Assembly (NCBI GenBank): GCA_049968235.1
Contig: JBMFRC010000027.1
Coordinates: 1-40,034, forward strand
Reading direction: 5' to 3'
Length of the DNA stretch: 40,034 nucleotides
Origin: Candidatus Hydrogenedens sp.
GTDB lineage: Bacteria > Hydrogenedentota > Hydrogenedentia > Hydrogenedentales > Hydrogenedentaceae
The notes under the pieces were generated by a model that was not told the origin of the DNA, ran no database searches, and was given only the letters and a program-made list of their open reading frames with translations. The translations under genes were made by a program, and so were the position numbers. Positions 36,224 to 40,034 of the stretch are shown here, piece after piece; position 1 is the first letter of the stretch; each line of letters starts with the position of its first letter.

Positions 36224-37152
36224 AAAAAGGTTTCGTGCTTGTCTCTGTCCTTTGGATGATTACCCTACTGAGTTTTGTTATTTTAGGTTTCGGCAGGCGG
36301 GTTATGTTAGACCGTCGTGCCTCTGCATACAGTCTGGATGTTAGTGAGGCACGGCTTCTTGCTCATTCCGCTGTCCAGCGGGGAATTTTAGAATTGCGAA
36401 ATAAAGCAATAATAGATGTGGCAAATCCAGAAGATTCGGGAGGAACACACTTAGGTCAACCATGGGCACAGCCAAAAAGTTTAATTAAAGACCTTAAAAT
36501 GTTAGATTGGAATGAGGATAGAAGTAAAGATGATGTATTTTTTGTAATTACTGATGAGGAGAGCAAAATCAATTTGAATTCAACTCCGAAAGAAATACTG
36601 GAAGAGGTTCAGGGAATAAATCGAGGGATTATTCGTCAAATTATGAAACGGAGGACAGAATCGGTGCATCAGGATGAAGGAATCTCCCCATTTCAGGTGG
36701 AGGAAGAATTACGCTACCTACGAGGTGTAAAGGATGAGGATTGGTTTGGCACAGACCGAACCCCTGCTTTGAAAGATATGTTTACGGTTCATGGATATGG
36801 AAAAATTAATATAAATACTGCCTCCGAAAAGGTATTAAAATGTATCCCTAAATTAGGAGACCGTGCTATAAGTGCTATTATGAAATATCGTGCCGGGCCC
36901 GATGGGCAAATTGGAACAAGCGATGATAAAGGTTTTAGCAATATACAGGAATTAATGGATAAAACAGGACTTTCTGGAGACCCTGTGGATGCCATCAAGC
37001 AATATTGCATATTTTATTCCACATGCTATAAGATTAAAGGATATGCTACTTTACGAAATGGTAAAATAAGGGTGGCTTGCACGGCGGTTGTGTATATCGA
37101 TAGTACAAATGCGAACCTAATCCGTTGGCAGGAGGAAACTTTTGGAAACTAA
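36220..37152 (+). CDS. Minor pseudopilin GspK-like
   Basis: The N-terminal KKGFVLVSVLWMITLLSFVILG matches the GspK-type helix (VLW...LL). A helix-hairpin-helix-like ININTASEKVLKCIP segment lies in the C-terminal half, as in GspK. Confidence 0.6.
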   Translation: MKKGFVLVSVLWMITLLSFVILGFGRRVMLDRRASAYSLDVSEARLLAHSAVQRGILELRNKAIIDVANPEDSGGTHLGQPWAQPKSLIKDLKMLDWNEDRSKDDVFFVITDEESKINLNSTPKEILEEVQGINRGIIRQIMKRRTESVHQDEGISPFQVEEELRYLRGVKDEDWFGTDRTPALKDMFTVHGYGKININTASEKVLKCIPKLGDRAISAIMKYRAGPDGQIGTSDDKGFSNIQELMDKTGLSGDPVDAIKQYCIFYSTCYKIKGYATLRNGKIRVACTAVVYIDSTNANLIRWQEETFGN

Positions 37153-38737
37153 AGGAAATAAATATATTTTTCTGACGATTGAAGGGGAACACTATACCCT
37201 ACTGCGTGTCCAAAAAACGCGGAAGGCATGGGAAGTATTAAACTATGAGACAAGTTTTGAACCGGACCATCCTGCGGGAGATGCTTTCTCTCAACTTATA
37301 AAAAGGGCGAGAGAGAACAGGTGGACTAATGAGCCATGTTATCTCGTTTTGCCAAGACATGAAATCACCTCACGAATTGTTACGCTTCCTTCTCAGGATA
37401 TTGAAGAAATCAAAAATATGGTATCGTTGAGTGCGGAAGAATTTGTCCCCTATTCATTAGAGGAAATACAAATATCTCAGTGCATTCTGGAAAAACTACC
37501 GGATTTTCAAAGCCGTGTATTTGTAGCAATAGCCCACCGCGACCTGATACAGGAAAAGATAAAAATATTACAGAAAGCAGGTTGGGAACCTCTGGGTATT
37601 TTAGTTAGCACCGGACTGTTGATAAATTCCGCTCCTGAAATTTTGAAGAAGTCAAGCCAAATACATGTCCTTTTTGTTCATCTCACAATAGCCGGTATCG
37701 AAGTGGCTATATTTGATAAGCATACATTACATTTTTCAAGAGGAGTGCGAATGGGCTGGGAAAGTGGGGAAACAACAAACCCTATAACTGCTCCCGAAAA
37801 AGAAGGGGTCGTTTTAGACCCATTTCGTAGTTCCATTGAATATACCGAAGAGAAACAAAGTATGGAAGAAACACCAACGGGAAATACTCTGGATATAACC
37901 CATGAGATACTCCGTGAGATAAGGACCTCCATTAATTCTTATCAAAGAGAAACAGAGACAGAGATTACAATTGGAGCAATTTATATTAGTTCTGATTTTC
38001 CTGTGAACACTCAATTAAAAGATGAACTATATAAATTTCTTGATATTCCCTGTATTCTCCTTTCTCCCAACGATTATTCTTTTATCCATACTACGGATGA
38101 TATAATGCCCCCTATTTCTATGCCTTTATTTGGGGGAGTATTCTCCTTATATCAGGATAAACCTATTTTATTAGATTTGTTACCCGAAAATTTGCTCATA
38201 ACCCACAAACTTCAAGAAGTTTCAAAACATATTATAAGGATAGGAACTCTGGTATCCCTTCTCATTCTTTCGCTCATAGGTTGGTTTGTAGAGAATATAT
38301 ATCAGCGTCAGAAATTTATCCGTGAATTGGAACAACAAGTAGCGGAATTGGAACCTAATGCGAGGGGAATTGCCGAAAAACGGCAACAACTACAAATATT
38401 AAGACGTGAAGTAGCCAAAAGTGGCTCTATTTTAGATTATCTTGCCCGAATTACAGAGGCAACACCTCCTCGGGTTAATATGAATATGATTAGTTATCGG
38501 CGAACAGAAGGAATTAATATCTGGGGACGTGCAAAATCAATTGATGATATACATACCTTTGCTGAAAACCTGAGGAGACAGGCAGTTTCCACTTCCTTGA
38601 AAGCCTTTCAACAAGCACGAAGTGTTTATGAACAACAGACGCGTGAGCAAAATGAAGTTATCTTTGATTATCAGATATCGATACCGTTTATCGAAGAGGA
38701 AGAAGTAAGTGGTTCAGGTACTCCTTCAAATCTATAA
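37142..38737 (+). CDS. GspL-like / PilM-PilN fusion-like inner-membrane assembly protein
   Basis: An N-terminal cytoplasmic domain of about 330 aa (actin-like fold expected), one TM (IIRIGTLVSLLILSLIGWFV), then a coiled-coil periplasmic region (ELEQQVAELE...). Operon position after gspK. Confidence 0.45.
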   Translation: METKGNKYIFLTIEGEHYTLLRVQKTRKAWEVLNYETSFEPDHPAGDAFSQLIKRARENRWTNEPCYLVLPRHEITSRIVTLPSQDIEEIKNMVSLSAEEFVPYSLEEIQISQCILEKLPDFQSRVFVAIAHRDLIQEKIKILQKAGWEPLGILVSTGLLINSAPEILKKSSQIHVLFVHLTIAGIEVAIFDKHTLHFSRGVRMGWESGETTNPITAPEKEGVVLDPFRSSIEYTEEKQSMEETPTGNTLDITHEILREIRTSINSYQRETETEITIGAIYISSDFPVNTQLKDELYKFLDIPCILLSPNDYSFIHTTDDIMPPISMPLFGGVFSLYQDKPILLDLLPENLLITHKLQEVSKHIIRIGTLVSLLILSLIGWFVENIYQRQKFIRELEQQVAELEPNARGIAEKRQQLQILRREVAKSGSILDYLARITEATPPRVNMNMISYRRTEGINIWGRAKSIDDIHTFAENLRRQAVSTSLKAFQQARSVYEQQTREQNEVIFDYQISIPFIEEEEVSGSGTPSNL

Positions 38738-39758
38738 TTTCTGGAAACAATTTTCCACACGAGAACAGAGGCTTATTCTGGGGGTTGTGCTGGTATGTTT
38801 TTTGTTCGCAATGAATATGATATACCGTTCTACTATGGGATATATAAATGAATTGGAAAATACATTGGACCGTTTACAACAAGATTTGATTAATTATACC
38901 CACCAGTTAACACTTAAACAGAGTGTTGAAACAGAATATGCTCAGGTTGCCCGTCAGCATTCAAGTAAGTGGACAGAGGCAGAAATTCATGACCGTTTAC
39001 GACAGGAATTGTATAGACTGGCACAGAAATATCCCCCCGAATTGAATGAAGAGGGTATCCCCATAAAGACATTGACAGATACGGGTGCTCTTGTTGAAAT
39101 TCCCTCCTTACAGCAGGGGATTCTGAGAACGACGGATAAGAACTATCGCGAATATACACTGAATGTAAAACTACCGCCCACAGATTTTACTTCAATGATT
39201 ATGTTCCTGCAACGTTTACAAAGCAGTCCACAGTCTTTGCGTATTGATAACATTGATTTGCGGAGACATCCTCTGGAAGAAAAAGTCAGTGCAGATATAG
39301 ATATAACACGGATTATTACCGCAGGTATGCCGTTAGAAGGAGTACCATCGGCTACCGCAATGAATTTAAGTCTTGACCCGGTAGACTGGAATTGTATTGG
39401 GGGAACACTTACGGTGCAAAAAGACCCACAAAAATCCGATTTTCTTATTGCGGAATCTTCCAGCCAAACAATGGAAATTTCTTTTGTTCGTTCTTTTCAT
39501 CCGGGTGAAAAATGGATACTCGAAATGGACTTATCAACCCGTGCAGAATCTTATCTTATGCTATCTTCACCGGATAATGTTGTTTTTGAAGGTAAAGAAA
39601 GTCTAAAAAATGATGGAAAAATCTATCGATATAGAATAAGTATGTCTTTACCTGATTCCAAACAAGAACGATTGCGGATACGAATCCCTCATATCATCGT
39701 TCAAGGTAATGGAAGCAAAATTTTTATCTATGATGGAAAATTGATGAAAGCAGGATGA
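38709..39758 (+). CDS. GspM/PilO-like bitopic protein (extended), hypothetical
   Basis: N-terminal TM (LILGVVLVCFLFAMNMIY) followed by a coiled-coil (LENTLDRLQQDLINY). It is twice the size of canonical GspM, and its start overlaps the previous gene by 29 bp, so the start is uncertain. Confidence 0.3.
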   Translation: MVQVLLQIYNFWKQFSTREQRLILGVVLVCFLFAMNMIYRSTMGYINELENTLDRLQQDLINYTHQLTLKQSVETEYAQVARQHSSKWTEAEIHDRLRQELYRLAQKYPPELNEEGIPIKTLTDTGALVEIPSLQQGILRTTDKNYREYTLNVKLPPTDFTSMIMFLQRLQSSPQSLRIDNIDLRRHPLEEKVSADIDITRIITAGMPLEGVPSATAMNLSLDPVDWNCIGGTLTVQKDPQKSDFLIAESSSQTMEISFVRSFHPGEKWILEMDLSTRAESYLMLSSPDNVVFEGKESLKNDGKIYRYRISMSLPDSKQERLRIRIPHIIVQGNGSKIFIYDGKLMKAG

Positions 39759-40034
39759 TGAAATCTTTTAATATGGAAAAAATAGGGTTTTGGAGTGAAT
39801 TTGTTATTGGGATACTTATTTTATTTGTTCTTTCACAAATTGTAATGAATTTTTTATTTGACCCAACTGAAGTGCGCAGACAAAACCTTAATAGAGATTT
39901 ACAATCTGTTCCCCCTTCATCACGATTATCAGACTCTTCCAATGTGGACATTGATGAATGGGGTCAGAAAATTATAGATAAAAGGGATTTGTGGAAACCC
40001 TTAGTTCCGCCACCCCCACCGCCACCCCCACCGC
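39755..40034 (+). CDS. 5' part of a CDS running off the window: N-terminal TM helix then a Pro-rich region (GspC/PilP-like?)
   Basis: ATGA overlap with the preceding stop. Translation: MMKSFNMEKIGFWSEFVIGILILFVLSQIVMNF...WKPLVPPPPPPPPP, with no stop before the window end. Confidence 0.3.
   Translation, partial: MMKSFNMEKIGFWSEFVIGILILFVLSQIVMNFLFDPTEVRRQNLNRDLQSVPPSSRLSDSSNVDIDEWGQKIIDKRDLWKPLVPPPPPPPPP

Noticed and set aside
40003-40034. ccgccacccccacc repeat at the window end
   Set aside because: It is the in-frame coding sequence for a poly-proline tract of the final partial ORF, not a non-coding repeat or mobile-element end.

Overview
This 40 kb window is a gene-dense bacterial chromosomal segment, moderately AT-rich, with compact operons. 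I found no rRNA, tRNA, CRISPR array or obvious mobile element. The many prepilin-type pseudopilins and secreted glycan-acting enzymes suggest a PVC-like or candidate-phylum genome, but I cannot settle that from sequence alone.

Content from left to right:
- **Carbohydrate-active set:** a glutaminase-A-like DUF4965/DUF1793 protein, a TIM-barrel hydrolase-like protein, a pectate-lyase-fold beta-helix protein, a large BACON/CarboxypepD_reg surface protein and a GH127 enzyme.
- **Minus-strand envelope/signalling operon:** MoxR AAA+ ATPase, Ser/Thr kinase, LysM-L,D-transpeptidase, GAF-GGDEF diguanylate cyclase, DUF1318 lipoprotein.
- **Cluster of four:** HisG-like PRPP-binding protein, GT2 polyprenyl-phosphate glycosyltransferase, sulfotransferase, and a serine hydrolase with a membrane tail.
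- **Orphan NikR.**
- **Most notable:** a translationally coupled operon encoding close homologues of the mycobacterial decaprenyl-phospho-arabinose (DPA) pathway. It contains a DprE1-like FAD oxidase, a DprE2-like SDR and an Rv3806c-like UbiA phosphoribosyltransferase. These are fused in one operon with a GlgC-like nucleotidyltransferase and a GPH/MFS transporter that carries a ~230-aa inserted soluble domain. A GT4 glycosyltransferase lies opposite.
- **Remainder:** an FmdB zinc-ribbon gene preceded by a perfect 24-bp tandem repeat, an isolated L-rhamnose isomerase gene (rhaA), and a T2SS-type pseudopilin/assembly operon (gspG through a GspM-like gene) that runs off the end of the window.

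I did all assignments by eye from motifs. No database searches were run.
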